Assembly (NCBI GenBank): GCA_963795775.1
Contig: CAWCJL010000007.1
Span: 4 to 64,003 of the forward strand
DNA length: 64,000 bases
Direction of reading: 5' to 3'
Origin: an uncultured Acidobacteriaceae bacterium
GTDB lineage: Bacteria; Acidobacteriota; Terriglobia; Terriglobales; Acidobacteriaceae
The stretch's first letter is position 1. Each line of letters begins with the position of its first letter. The notes under the pieces were generated by a model. It was not told where the DNA came from. It made no database searches and saw only the letters and a list, made by a program, of their open reading frames with translations. Shown one piece after another: positions 19,184-28,802 of the stretch. A program made the position numbers and the translations under genes.

Positions 19184-19912
19184 TCAGACGAACCGTGCCA
19201 AACCCAGGAGCAGCGGGACAGCGAGCGACGTGATAAGTCCGTTGAGTCCAATCGCAAGACCCGCAAAGGCGCCAGCAACCTCGTGCATGGGGATAACTTC
19301 TGCAGCGCCGATGCCACTGCCGGCCGTGCCTGCTGCGAGCCCGTACGGACGCCAGTCAGTGATGCGCGCCACGCGCATGACCGTTTGTATGGAGACCGCG
19401 ACAAGAATGCCACCTGCAATGGCGAGCACAGCCGTGAGCGAGGGCAAGCCGCCGTTCGCCTGAGCCACGCCGATAGCGATCGGGGTCGTAGCGGCCTTGG
19501 GCATCATGGAAAGCGCGACCTCGCGTGTTCCACCGCAGAGACGGACCAGTCCGTAGCCGGAGAGTGCGGACACGAGTGCACCGGTGAGCAGCGCCGGCAG
19601 CAGTCCGCGCAGGCTGCGGCGAATGTGGTCGATGCTGTTGACCAGTGGAACCGCCAACGCAACCGTGGCGGGCCCGAGTAGGAAATGAATGAACTGCGCG
19701 CCTGAGAAGTACGTCTGGTAGCTGGTGCCGGAAAACTTCAGCACCACGCCAATCAGCAGAATGGAAAGCAGCACCGGGTTCGCCAGCGGATTGCCGCGAA
19801 GCCTGCGTTGTATCTCCGCTGAAAAGACGTAGGCACCTAGCGTAAGCGCGAGGCTGAAGAGGGAAGAGGCGGGGAGAAACGCGCGAAACGCCGTAACCGC
19901 ATGCGGGATCAC
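19184..19912 (-). CDS. lrgB: LrgB/CidB-family membrane protein
   Basis: A 242-aa polytopic membrane protein. It overlaps the upstream LrgA-like gene by 4 nt, the typical lrgAB pairing. Confidence 0.7.
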   Translation of the reverse strand: MIPHAVTAFRAFLPASSLFSLALTLGAYVFSAEIQRRLRGNPLANPVLLSILLIGVVLKFSGTSYQTYFSGAQFIHFLLGPATVALAVPLVNSIDHIRRSLRGLLPALLTGALVSALSGYGLVRLCGGTREVALSMMPKAATTPIAIGVAQANGGLPSLTAVLAIAGGILVAVSIQTVMRVARITDWRPYGLAAGTAGSGIGAAEVIPMHEVAGAFAGLAIGLNGLITSLAVPLLLGLARFV

Positions 19913-20280
19913 CGAGGTTCCTCCGCGCTAGCCGTGTCCGCCCCAGCACTGCGATTCAGGATGGCATGCATCACCCATGCGGTGCCGACCAGAGACAGCA
20001 GCGTGGAGCCAAAGAGTCCCACGGCTATAGGGAACCACTGCGCCCGCAGCAGGCCCAGGCTCGCCACAATGCCCACGCCCGCGGGTACGAACAGCAGGCT
20101 CAGGATGCCGAGCAGGCTGCGCGTTGTGGACTGCAGCTCGTGTGAAGGAGGCCGCCATAACAGCCATACGGTGAGCAGCGCCATGCCGAGCACAGGTCCC
20201 GGCAGCGGCAGATGAAAGGCGCGCGAGAGAGATTCACCGGCAAGCTGGAACAGCAGAAGCATCAGGAAGGAACGCAGCAT
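19909..20280 (-). CDS. lrgA: LrgA/CidA-family holin-like protein
   Basis: A 123-aa protein with four TM segments. N-terminus is MLRSFLMLLLFQLAGESLSRAFHLPLPGPVLGMALL. Confidence 0.7.
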   Translation of the reverse strand: MLRSFLMLLLFQLAGESLSRAFHLPLPGPVLGMALLTVWLLWRPPSHELQSTTRSLLGILSLLFVPAGVGIVASLGLLRAQWFPIAVGLFGSTLLSLVGTAWVMHAILNRSAGADTASAEEPR

Positions 20281-20448
20281 AGCGGCAGGGTATCAGGGGG
20301 CACCACGCTGCTACCCGGAAGCGTATCTCAGCCAGGCCGCTCTGGTCTGCCGCCCTTGCCGTAGCCTAAAGCGATCTGGCTACCTGACCATTTTGGGGAT
20401 GCGAGCGGCACGCCATCGCTGCCACCATGCAGCTACTGGAGAAACAAG

Positions 20449-21363
20449 ATGAATGAGGCAGCAGGCAGCAGCATCTGGAGTCAGCTATCGAATGCCTTTG
20501 CGCAGACCCTCGAGTCCGTGCAGCAGAGCATCGTTGCAGTGCATGCAGGGCGATACGGAACGGTTACCGGAGTGGTATGGCGGCCGGGGGTCGTTGTGAC
20601 AGTGCGCCAGGGTATCCGCCGCAGCGAGGGAATCCGCGTCATTCCCGCTGGGGAGACAGTGTCGGCGACACTGGCCGGCGTAGACGCGGGCACGGATCTC
20701 GCCGTCTTGCGCATCGCCGCCGAGAGTTTGCCGGCGGTGGAGAGCAGCAGCGCCGAACAGGCACGCGTGGGCGATGTCGTGCTGTCCGTGAGTCGATCGA
20801 GACTGGGGGACGTCTCGGCCAGCGCTGGAATTGTCGCGCGTCTGGGCGCTCCCTGGCGAACCTGGAAGGGCGGGCACATGGATCGGCTGATCCGGCCGGA
20901 CGTTCGGCTTTATGTGGGGCAGTCGGGGAGCGCTCTGGTAAGCGAGGGAGGACGCGTGCTCGGGATCAACAGCACTGCACTAGCGCGCGACGCGGTGATC
21001 ACGGTTCCGAAAGAGACCGTCGATCGCGTGGTGGACGCCATTCTCGAACGCGGCCATGTGCCGAAGCCGTTCCTCGGTTTGGCGGTGCAGGCGGTTCCGG
21101 TTCCGGAGGGCATGCGCGCTCACTTTCCGGAGAAAGTCCGGCAGGCGCTGTTGGCCACGCACCTGGAGCCCAATGCACCCGCTGAGCAGGCAAACATGCT
21201 GGTGGGGGACCTGCTCGTTTCACTGGACGGCAGATCTTTTGAGAGCGTGCGAGAGTTTTTGCATCGCCTCACCCAACTGAGCGTCGGACAGACAGTGGCG
21301 CTGGTGGTGATTCGCGGTGGGAACACAGTGGAGTTGACGTTGACGGTAGGAGACCGTGGCTAA
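20449..21363 (+). CDS. Trypsin-like S1C (HtrA-like) domain + PDZ protein, catalytic His apparently absent
   Basis: TDLAVLRI (Asp) and GQSGSALV (Ser) are present. The position normally reading TNxHV reads VVVTVRQGI. A C-terminal PDZ-like segment is present (VGDLLVSLDG...VALVVIRGG). Confidence 0.65.
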   Translation: MNEAAGSSIWSQLSNAFAQTLESVQQSIVAVHAGRYGTVTGVVWRPGVVVTVRQGIRRSEGIRVIPAGETVSATLAGVDAGTDLAVLRIAAESLPAVESSSAEQARVGDVVLSVSRSRLGDVSASAGIVARLGAPWRTWKGGHMDRLIRPDVRLYVGQSGSALVSEGGRVLGINSTALARDAVITVPKETVDRVVDAILERGHVPKPFLGLAVQAVPVPEGMRAHFPEKVRQALLATHLEPNAPAEQANMLVGDLLVSLDGRSFESVREFLHRLTQLSVGQTVALVVIRGGNTVELTLTVGDRG

Positions 21364-22054
21364 GCAGGGCGCTGTTTTGGAATTCGGGCGGGAGGCAGAG
21401 CCAGACGCGCCTGCGCGAGCAAGGCCGTTGGCGCTGCTGCCATGTGTGGAGGCGAAGGCACATGGAGACCTGCTGGCGACCTTGCGATCTTTTCCGGACT
21501 TCCGCATCTTGCCGCCCGCACTTCCTGCCACGCTGCGGTCGAGGGCGCAAACAGACAGACCTGATGTGATCGTGTTCGCAACCGAAGATCCGGGGCGAAT
21601 TACCGTTGGCCGGGAGAGCGCCTTTCGGGAGCTCTTCCTCACAGTTCCCACGCTGTTGCTGGTCCGCAATCCGAAGGCGGCGTGCAGGCAGGCAGCGCGG
21701 CTCCACATCGCTTCCGTGCTGCCCATGGACATCTCGGAGGTGCAGTTAAGTGCCGCGGTGCGGGCGGTTGCGGCCGGCCTGAGTGTGTCGGTGCAAGGCA
21801 GGACGGACGACCTCAGCGAGGCGCGAATCCTGGAAGCAGATGCGAGGTTCGAGCCGGAGCATCTGACCGCCCGCGAAATCGAAGTGCTGCGCCTCATGGC
21901 ACTGGGGCGCGCCAATAAGCAGGTCGCGATACAGCTCCATATGTCCGAGCACACGGCGAAGTTTCACGTGCGGACGATCATGGGAAAGCTAGGCGCGGCA
22001 AGCAGGACAGAGGCGGTTACGCTGGGTATCCTGCACGGGCTCATTGCAATCTAG
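21356..22054 (+). CDS. LuxR/FixJ-type HTH regulator with degenerate receiver-like N-terminal domain
   Basis: The C-terminus LTAREIEVLRLMALGRANKQVAIQLHMSEHTAKFHVRTIMGKLGAASRTEAV is a canonical LuxR HTH. The GTG start overlaps the upstream stop by 8 nt, and the start is uncertain. Confidence 0.75.
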   Translation: MAKQGAVLEFGREAEPDAPARARPLALLPCVEAKAHGDLLATLRSFPDFRILPPALPATLRSRAQTDRPDVIVFATEDPGRITVGRESAFRELFLTVPTLLLVRNPKAACRQAARLHIASVLPMDISEVQLSAAVRAVAAGLSVSVQGRTDDLSEARILEADARFEPEHLTAREIEVLRLMALGRANKQVAIQLHMSEHTAKFHVRTIMGKLGAASRTEAVTLGILHGLIAI

Positions 22055-22196
22055 CGGGAGAGGGATCCCGTGCCGTGGACGCGCGAGGCTTGCATTTCCT
22101 CCCCCAACTTGACCGAAGCCCGAAGGCCGGTTGCCGTTGCAGCGTAAACTCACAGGCCAGACGCAGGCAACAGCAACGGCGCTTGTTACGAAACAC

Positions 22197-23513
22197 TTAT
22201 GCCTGTGCGGCCAGCGCGACTTCGGGAACGTCTTTCTTCGCCGCGAAGATGTTGCCGAGACGACGGATCTCCGCACCCACACCGCGCAGCTTCTCCTCGA
22301 TGCGTTCATAGCCGCGATCGATGTTGTAGACGCGATCCAGAATCGATTCGCCTTCGGCCACCAGGGCTGCGAGAACGAGTGATGCGGAGGCGCGCAGGTC
22401 CGAACACATGACCGCCGCGGCGGAGAGCTGCGTCTTACCGCGCACGGTCGCGGTGCGGCCGTCCACCTTGATGTTAGCCCCCATGCGGACCAGTTCCTGC
22501 ACGTGCATGAAGCGGTTCTCGAAGATGTTTTCGATCACCGTGCTGGTCCCTTCCGCCTGGGTGGCCAGCGCCATGTACTGCGCCTGCATGTCGGTCGGGA
22601 AGCCGGGATACTCTTCCGTAGAGATGTCGTTCGCCTGAAGCTGGCCTTCGGAGCGCACGCGGATGCAATCCCCTTGAATGTCGAGGCGGACGCCGCACGC
22701 TTCGAGTTTCGCGATGACCGAGCCGAGGTGGGCGGGGTTGCAGTTGGTCACCTTCAGGTCGCCGCCTGTGATCGCGCCCGCGACCAGGAAGGTGCCCGCC
22801 TCAATGCGGTCAGGGTTGATGCGGTGGCGCGTGCCGTGGAGCTTGTGCACGCCCTGAACGCGGATGGTGCCTGTGCCGGCGCCTTCGATCTTCGCGCCCA
22901 TGGAGGTCAGCATCGCGGCCAGATCGGTCACTTCCGGCTCGCGCGCGCAGTTTTCCATCAGCGTCTCGCCTTCCGCCATCACGGCGGCCATCAGCAGGTC
23001 TTCTGTACCCGTCACGGTGATCTTATCGAAGACAATGTGCGCGCCCTTCAAGCGAGACGCGCGGGCTTCGATATAGCCGTGTTCATAGCCGATGGTGGCG
23101 CCCATAGCTTCCAGTCCCTTGATGTGCAGATCGATCGGGCGCGAGCCGATGGCGCAGCCGCCGGGCATGGAAACGCGCGCCAGTCCGGTGCGCGCCACCA
23201 GCGGCCCGAGCACCAGGGAGGAAGCGCGCATAGTTTTCACGATTTCGTACTTCGCCACCGGGTCCGACAGCAGGCGGCAGGAGATGGAGGAGCGATGCTG
23301 CGCGCGTCCATACCCGAGCTCGACCTCGGCGCCCATCGAAACCAGGAGTTTGCGCTCGGTCTCGATGTCGCGCACCTGCGGGATGTTCTCGAGAATGACC
23401 TCGTCTTCGGTAAGAATGGCCGCGGCCATGCACGGAAGGGCGGAGTTCTTGGCTCCGGAGACGCGGATGGAGCCGAGGAGGGGATTGCCGCCGCGGATGA
23501 CGAATTTGTCCAT
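22197..23513 (-). CDS. murA: UDP-N-acetylglucosamine 1-carboxyvinyltransferase
   Basis: Contains [27 protein letters not shown] and [22 protein letters not shown] (active-site Cys loop). The start is at internal ATG 23513 of ORF 22197..23603. Confidence 0.9.
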   Translation of the reverse strand: MDKFVIRGGNPLLGSIRVSGAKNSALPCMAAAILTEDEVILENIPQVRDIETERKLLVSMGAEVELGYGRAQHRSSISCRLLSDPVAKYEIVKTMRASSLVLGPLVARTGLARVSMPGGCAIGSRPIDLHIKGLEAMGATIGYEHGYIEARASRLKGAHIVFDKITVTGTEDLLMAAVMAEGETLMENCAREPEVTDLAAMLTSMGAKIEGAGTGTIRVQGVHKLHGTRHRINPDRIEAGTFLVAGAITGGDLKVTNCNPAHLGSVIAKLEACGVRLDIQGDCIRVRSEGQLQANDISTEEYPGFPTDMQAQYMALATQAEGTSTVIENIFENRFMHVQELVRMGANIKVDGRTATVRGKTQLSAAAVMCSDLRASASLVLAALVAEGESILDRVYNIDRGYERIEEKLRGVGAEIRRLGNIFAAKKDVPEVALAAQA

Positions 23514-23601
23514 GATGTGGGGGATGCTCCTGCTGCGAGAGACTGTGACCCCATGATGCCCGATCCGAATGAGGAAACACAAAGAGAATTGCGGGAGGTA
23601 C

Positions 23602-24564
23602 ATGGCTATGCAGCCGCTTCTAACACGGAAGTATCAGGAGAAGGCAATGGACTGGGATGCCGGGCTCTGGGTGGAGACGGTAAAGGCGAACGGGCTCGCG
23701 TTCGAAACCCTCATGGCTGGGAACGGCGAGCGGTTCGCGCTGCTGCTGCACGGCTTTCCGGAGCATGCGATCTCCTGGCGAGAGCAGATGGCGGCCTTGG
23801 CGCGGCAGGGATACACGGTATGGGCGCCCAACCAGCGGGGCTACGGCCGCTCCAGCCGGCCGTCTCGGGTGGCGGATTACGACATCGAGCACCTAATCGA
23901 GGATGTCGCCGGCCTGATCGATGTAGCCCGTGCGCGCGGGGCCACGCGGACGGTACTGATCGGCCACGATTGGGGCGGCGTGGTGGCCTGGTGCTTTGCC
24001 GCGCGAAACCTGCGTCCCCTGGATGCGCTGGTGATCCTGAATGCACCCCATCCCATGTGCTACGTCCGGAGCATGGGCAGAGCCGGGGCAGTTGATGGCG
24101 CTCTTGGTATGCGTGGGCTTTCCAGGTGCCATGGATCCCGGAGTGGCTGGGCAGCCGCGGCCACGGCCGAGCCATTCCGCAGGCAATTCTGCGCTCCGCG
24201 GTACATCCGGAGCGGTTTGCGCCGGAGTTGCTGGGCATTCTGCAGGACCAGGCGAGCGATCCGCGGCAGCTCCGGGCCATGATCGACTGGTACCGGGCTG
24301 CCTTTCGCGGGGGCCTGGCACGGCAGATACGGCGCGGGTTTCCGGTCATTGAGGTGCCGACGCTGCTGGTCTGGGGAGAGGAAGGATGTGGCGCTCGAAA
24401 AATACACCACCTATGGAACCGGGCGGTATGTACGCAACCTGACCGTGCGCTACCTGCCGGAGATTTCACACTTCGTGCAGCAGGATGCAGGGCCGGAACT
24501 GAACGCGATATTGACCGCTTTCCTGGCCGGAGCACTGCAACGCGATCCCGTGCCGGGTGGCTGA
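23602..24564 (+). pseudogene. Alpha/beta hydrolase (epoxide-hydrolase-like) interrupted by three +1 frameshifts
   Basis: Frame 1 carries LLLHGFPE and IGHDWGG up to NAPHPMCYVRSMGRAG. Frame 2 carries QLM. Frame 3 carries RSWYAWAFQVPWIPEWL...PTLLVWGEE. Frame 1 then resumes with DVALEKYTTYGTGRYVRNLTVRYLPEISHFVQQDA. The shifts are at about 24085-24088 (GGGG), 24098 and 24384. Confidence 0.75.
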
Positions 24565-24587
24565 TGCCCATGGCTCGGTTTTTCCTC

Positions 24588-25379
24588 TTATTGATTCAGG
24601 AAATACTCGACCGTCGTGACCACGCGAACCTTCTTCATCACGCTCGCATCGGCATTGCCGGGCATGCCCGGGCCCTCGCCGGCATCGCCGCTGTCCGACG
24701 ACCCCGCGTCCGCGCCCGAGATACTGAAGCTGCCCTGCGAAGCCTGCCGGATGGAGCCGACTGCAGCGCCGGAGTCATTGGCGAAGCGCTGTGCAGCGGT
24801 GCGCGCATTGCGGGTCGCTTCGGTGATCATGTCCGGCTTGATCGCGTTAAGCCCGTTGAAGCGGTAGGTCACGGACGGGAGCCCCGGCTGCACATCGGCC
24901 AGGATGACTCCCTGGCGGAGCAGTGCATCCACATGCTGCGTGGCCGCTGCGATGCGGTCCACGTCTGCAGAGGTGATGACCAGAGTCTGCGTGACCAGGT
25001 ACCGGTCTTCGTTGGCCTGGCGGTTGCCGCCGTATTCCTGGGCGGCTTTATCGATGACGCGCGGAGGTGCGCTCCGGATCGCACTGTCCGGGATACCTTG
25101 TGCCTTGAGAAAGGTGAGGGCTTTGGCTTTCTGCGCTTCGCTCTGGGCCAGCACGGACGGGAAGTCGTTTCCGCTGGAACGGAATGAGAGATTCCAGATC
25201 GCCAGGTCGCTCTTCACCGTGCGTTCGACCAGCCCTTTCACGGTCACGTAGCGATCGGCGAGCCTGGTCTGCTTGATCTGGGCGCCAAGGATCCACCCCG
25301 CCCCGATCAGGCCGACCGCGAGTACCACGCTGATCAGAAGTGCTGGGGCAGCCCCCTGCCGGTCACCAGATAGGTTCAC
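24588..25379 (-). CDS. SIMPL/DUF541-domain periplasmic protein
   Basis: Has an N-terminal TM anchor followed by RYVTVKGLVERTVKSDLAIWNLSF... The overall pattern resembles the SIMPL family. Confidence 0.6.
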   Translation of the reverse strand: MNLSGDRQGAAPALLISVVLAVGLIGAGWILGAQIKQTRLADRYVTVKGLVERTVKSDLAIWNLSFRSSGNDFPSVLAQSEAQKAKALTFLKAQGIPDSAIRSAPPRVIDKAAQEYGGNRQANEDRYLVTQTLVITSADVDRIAAATQHVDALLRQGVILADVQPGLPSVTYRFNGLNAIKPDMITEATRNARTAAQRFANDSGAAVGSIRQASQGSFSISGADAGSSDSGDAGEGPGMPGNADASVMKKVRVVTTVEYFLNQ

Positions 25380-25478
25380 TGTCGAAGCTCCGTTCGTTCG
25401 ACTCCATGCAGATCAGGGTACTGCCGTCAGGCCAGATAGGCCGGGCTGGGGTCCTCCGGGGGGAGCGGGAGGACTGGA

Positions 25479-26453
25479 TCACAGTTCGAGCACCGTATCT
25501 TCAATCGCGAGGCGCACATTGCCGTCTGCCTTGGCGAGGCGGCGGACGGCTTCCGGCTTGTCCACGCCAGCCTTGAGCATCACCAGGGCCACCGGAACCG
25601 AACGGCCAGCGGATTTGATCGTGTGCACCGCGGTTTCGCGGTCGATGTCGCAGGCCCGCATCAGGATACTGATACCGCGCTCCACCAGCTTGGCATTCTG
25701 CATGTGGACGTTCACCATCAGGTTCTCGTACACATAGCCCAGGCGTGTCATCGCGCCGGTGGTGATCATGTTCAGGATCATTTTCTGGGCGGTAGCGGCC
25801 TTCATGCGCGTGGAACCCGAGATGACCTCGGGGCCGACCTCGGCGACGATGGCGATCTCCGCGGCCGCAGCCAGGCTAGTGTTGTGGTTGCAGGTCACAG
25901 CGGCGGTCTTGGCGCCACGGCTGCGGGCATACTCGACCGCGCCGACCACATAGGGGGTACGACCGGAAGCCGAGAGGCCGATCACGATGTCCTTGCGAGT
26001 GGGGCGACGGCGGGCAATATCCCGCTGGCCCAGCTCGGGCGAATCCTCGTTGACCTCAACGGCGGAGGCGACGGCCTTGGGACCGCCGGCGACAATATAC
26101 TGCACCGACTGTGGTGCAGTGGAGTAGGCTGGCGGGCACTCCGAAGCATCGAGCGCGGCGATTCGCCCGCTCGATCCGGCGCCTACATAGATCAGCCGCC
26201 CGCCGTCCCGCAGAGACCGGGCCACCGAATCAATAACCAGCGCAATCTCCGGGAGCGCTTTCTTGACCGCATTTGCGATCTTGCTGTCTTCGTGATTGAT
26301 AATGCGCGCGATTTCCAGGGCCGACTTGGTATCGAACCCACGGGATGCCTCATTCGAACCCTCCGTGGTGAGTCCCGGAAGGCCAAAAGGGTTGGGTTGT
26401 GAGGATTGGGTCTCGGGGGCTTCTTCTGCGTGAGTTGTGATCAGGGTGGCCAT
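25479..26453 (-). CDS. murQ: N-acetylmuramic acid 6-phosphate etherase (SIS domain)
   Basis: Contains RLIYVGAGSSGRIAALDASECPPAY, GLSASGRTPYVVGAVEYARSRGAKTAAVTCN and GSTRMKAATAQKMILNMITT. Confidence 0.85.
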   Translation of the reverse strand: MATLITTHAEEAPETQSSQPNPFGLPGLTTEGSNEASRGFDTKSALEIARIINHEDSKIANAVKKALPEIALVIDSVARSLRDGGRLIYVGAGSSGRIAALDASECPPAYSTAPQSVQYIVAGGPKAVASAVEVNEDSPELGQRDIARRRPTRKDIVIGLSASGRTPYVVGAVEYARSRGAKTAAVTCNHNTSLAAAAEIAIVAEVGPEVISGSTRMKAATAQKMILNMITTGAMTRLGYVYENLMVNVHMQNAKLVERGISILMRACDIDRETAVHTIKSAGRSVPVALVMLKAGVDKPEAVRRLAKADGNVRLAIEDTVLEL

Positions 26454-26531
26454 AGTTTCGGTTGTCGGATCCTCAGGCGCTGCTCCCTCATTCTATCGCC
26501 CTCAGCGAGGGTTAAGGGCGCAATTCGCGGT

Positions 26532-27701
26532 TCAGGATGTTACCCAGGCGCGAATACCGGTAAGCACCTTGACGCCGGGCAGCAGGGTACCGGCGACCGC
26601 GTCATAGAATTGCGGACGCACTTCACGGATCTGCTGATTCTCCCGGCTCGGCCAGGTGCGGTTGGTGAGCAACACGGCCGCCATGCTGCTCTCCGGATCG
26701 ATCCACAGAGAGGTGCCGGTGAAGCCGAGGTGCCCAATGGAGGCCGGGCTGAAGTAGCGCCCGGAGGAGGACGGTTCGGTCGGCGTATCCCAACCGAGCG
26801 CGCGTGAGTTGCCTGCCGGCTGCTCCGAACGTTGGCTGAAGAGGCGCACCGTTTCGGGAGCAAAGAGCTGTTTGCCGGCTGGTGTTTTGCCTTGCGCCAG
26901 GATGCATTGCGCAAACCGCAACGGGTCAAGTGCGTTCGAGAACAGACCTGCCTGCCCGGCAACACCGCCCATCACAAAGGCATTCTCGTCATTGACCACG
27001 CCCTGCACAATGCCGTGACGGAAAGCGGTGTCGTCCTCGGTGGGCGGGATGGCCGGCTTCCAACCGTCCGGTGGGCAGAAGCGGGTTGTGTCCATGCACA
27101 GCGGCTGAAAAATGTCGCGATGGCAAAGGCTGTCCATCTCCTCGCCCGCGATGCGCTCGAGTGCGCGGCCGAGGAGCAGGAAGCCGATATCGGAATAGGC
27201 GACGCGGGTGCCGGGTTCGGCTTCGAGCGGCTGCCGCAGCGCGGCGTCATAGAGTGCCTCCGGCGTGCTGGCCTGTAAAAACAGACGGGCGTAGCCGGGC
27301 AGCCCGGAGGAGTGGTCCAGCAGCATGCGGACCGTCACCCGGGATCGCGGACTCCCGGCCGACTCCCGGGCGGCAAACGCCGGCAGGATCTCGGAAAGGG
27401 GCTGATCGAGCTGCAGTTTGTTCCGATCATGAAGCAGCATCGCCAGCGCGGTGGTCGCCAGCACCTTTGTCAGGCTAGCCAGGTCGTAGACGGTATTGAT
27501 AGTAACTGCGGACGAACCCGCCTCATACGTGAAGTGGCCCAGGCCATCCAGCGCGACCACGTCGCCGGCAAAGAGAACGCCAAAGGCACAGCCGGGGAAG
27601 GCGTGCGCCTTGATCGCCCCCTCAAGTACGGCGTAAGTGGCGGCAAAGCGTTTCCGCTGGTCCGCCGTGGTGGCTGGCGCGGTGATGGCGCGGGGTTCCA
27701 T
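26532..27701 (-). CDS. Beta-lactamase-related (class C / PBP4*-like) serine hydrolase
   Basis: Has the SxxK motif in YDLASLTKVLATT, plus a YSD and HLGFTGTS-type C-terminal motif. No obvious signal peptide. The start is uncertain (27701, 27794 or 27902). Confidence 0.7.
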   Translation of the reverse strand: MEPRAITAPATTADQRKRFAATYAVLEGAIKAHAFPGCAFGVLFAGDVVALDGLGHFTYEAGSSAVTINTVYDLASLTKVLATTALAMLLHDRNKLQLDQPLSEILPAFAARESAGSPRSRVTVRMLLDHSSGLPGYARLFLQASTPEALYDAALRQPLEAEPGTRVAYSDIGFLLLGRALERIAGEEMDSLCHRDIFQPLCMDTTRFCPPDGWKPAIPPTEDDTAFRHGIVQGVVNDENAFVMGGVAGQAGLFSNALDPLRFAQCILAQGKTPAGKQLFAPETVRLFSQRSEQPAGNSRALGWDTPTEPSSSGRYFSPASIGHLGFTGTSLWIDPESSMAAVLLTNRTWPSRENQQIREVRPQFYDAVAGTLLPGVKVLTGIRAWVTS

Positions 27702-27871
27702 ATTTGCTTGGATGGCAGGAAATGGATCCGGGGCAGGCCCTTCCGCCGGGTCCGTTCCCGAGCGACCGAACTTCCGTGATCCCAGGACGAACATTTGGCT
27801 TCCGGCCAGCCGGATGGCCCGTCTATACAGGACAGAGCGATTGCGAAAACGCGGGCTGGCGAGGGTGTGAA

Positions 27872-28783
27872 ATGGTGAAGTGGAGATCATGGGTGCTGTC
27901 ATCGCTCGCCGGATCGTTACCGGTGTTGCTCATCGGGTCGTTATTGTCCGCCCCGTTGGGCGCCGTTGCGCAGCAAACTGCGGGAGAACAGGGGCCCAGC
28001 GGAGCTGTGCCTAGCCCCGCGCCGGCTCAGCCGGTGCAGGCGCAGACGCCATCTGAACAGTCCCAGCCCGCCACGCCGGCTCCGCAGACCTATACCGTGC
28101 CTGCTGGTACCAAGGTGCTGCTCTCGCTCAAAAGCGCCGTGAACACCAAGACGACGCACCCTGGGGATGGCGTTTACCTGGTTTCGACCTTTCCGGTGAT
28201 TGTGGGCTCCCACGTGCTCGTGCCCGCCGGCGTCTATGTCCAGGGCGTGGTGGACCAGGTGGTGCGGCCCGGCCGGGTCAAGGGCCGCGCGCGACTGCTG
28301 ATGCACTTCACGACGATGATCTTCCCCAACGGCCAGGTGGTGACGATCCCCGGCGGCGTCAACGGCTTGCCCGGCTCAAACGGCCCGACAGTGAAGGATG
28401 GCGAGGGAACCATCGAGCAGGCAGGGAACAAGGGCCGCGATCTGGGGAACATCGCCAAGGGCGCGGGTGCAGGCGCGGAAGGTGGAGTGATCGGCGGCGC
28501 AGTTGCCGGGCATCCCCTGGCCGGCGCGGGATACGGCGGCCTCGCCGGCGTGGCCGCGGGTACGCTCTACACTCTTTTCACGCGCGGAGACGATGTGGTC
28601 ATTCCACAGGGCACCAGCCTGGAGATGGTGATACAGCGGCCATTGGTTCTGCAGGGATCGCAACTGGCAGGCATGAGTGAAGGAAACAGCAGCCCACAGT
28701 TTGTGCCCGTAACGGGACAGGGAACGCCGCTGCCCAAGCCCGGTCATGTGCTCTGTCCGCCGGACAGTTTAGGATGCCAATAG
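27872..28783 (+). CDS. Secreted TrbI/VirB10-C-terminal-like domain protein with Gly-rich segment
   Basis: Has a signal peptide (MVKWRSWVLSSLAGSLPVLLIGSLLSAPLGAVAQ). The core VPAGTKVLLSLKSAVNTKTTHPGDGVYLVSTFPVIVGSHVLVPAGVYVQGVV...RARLLMHFTTMIFPNGQVVTIPG matches the TrbI-like pattern by eye. Confidence 0.5.
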   Translation: MVKWRSWVLSSLAGSLPVLLIGSLLSAPLGAVAQQTAGEQGPSGAVPSPAPAQPVQAQTPSEQSQPATPAPQTYTVPAGTKVLLSLKSAVNTKTTHPGDGVYLVSTFPVIVGSHVLVPAGVYVQGVVDQVVRPGRVKGRARLLMHFTTMIFPNGQVVTIPGGVNGLPGSNGPTVKDGEGTIEQAGNKGRDLGNIAKGAGAGAEGGVIGGAVAGHPLAGAGYGGLAGVAAGTLYTLFTRGDDVVIPQGTSLEMVIQRPLVLQGSQLAGMSEGNSSPQFVPVTGQGTPLPKPGHVLCPPDSLGCQ

Positions 28784-28802
28784 AGGGTGAGCAACGCAGG
28801 GA

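Noticed and set aside
22503-24095. 530-aa plus-strand ORF
   Set aside because: Most of it is antisense to murA. It is a shadow ORF.
24126-25187. 353-aa plus-strand ORF
   Set aside because: Only its first roughly 260 nt are meaningful, as the middle frame of the frameshifted alpha/beta hydrolase. The remainder runs antisense through the SIMPL gene.
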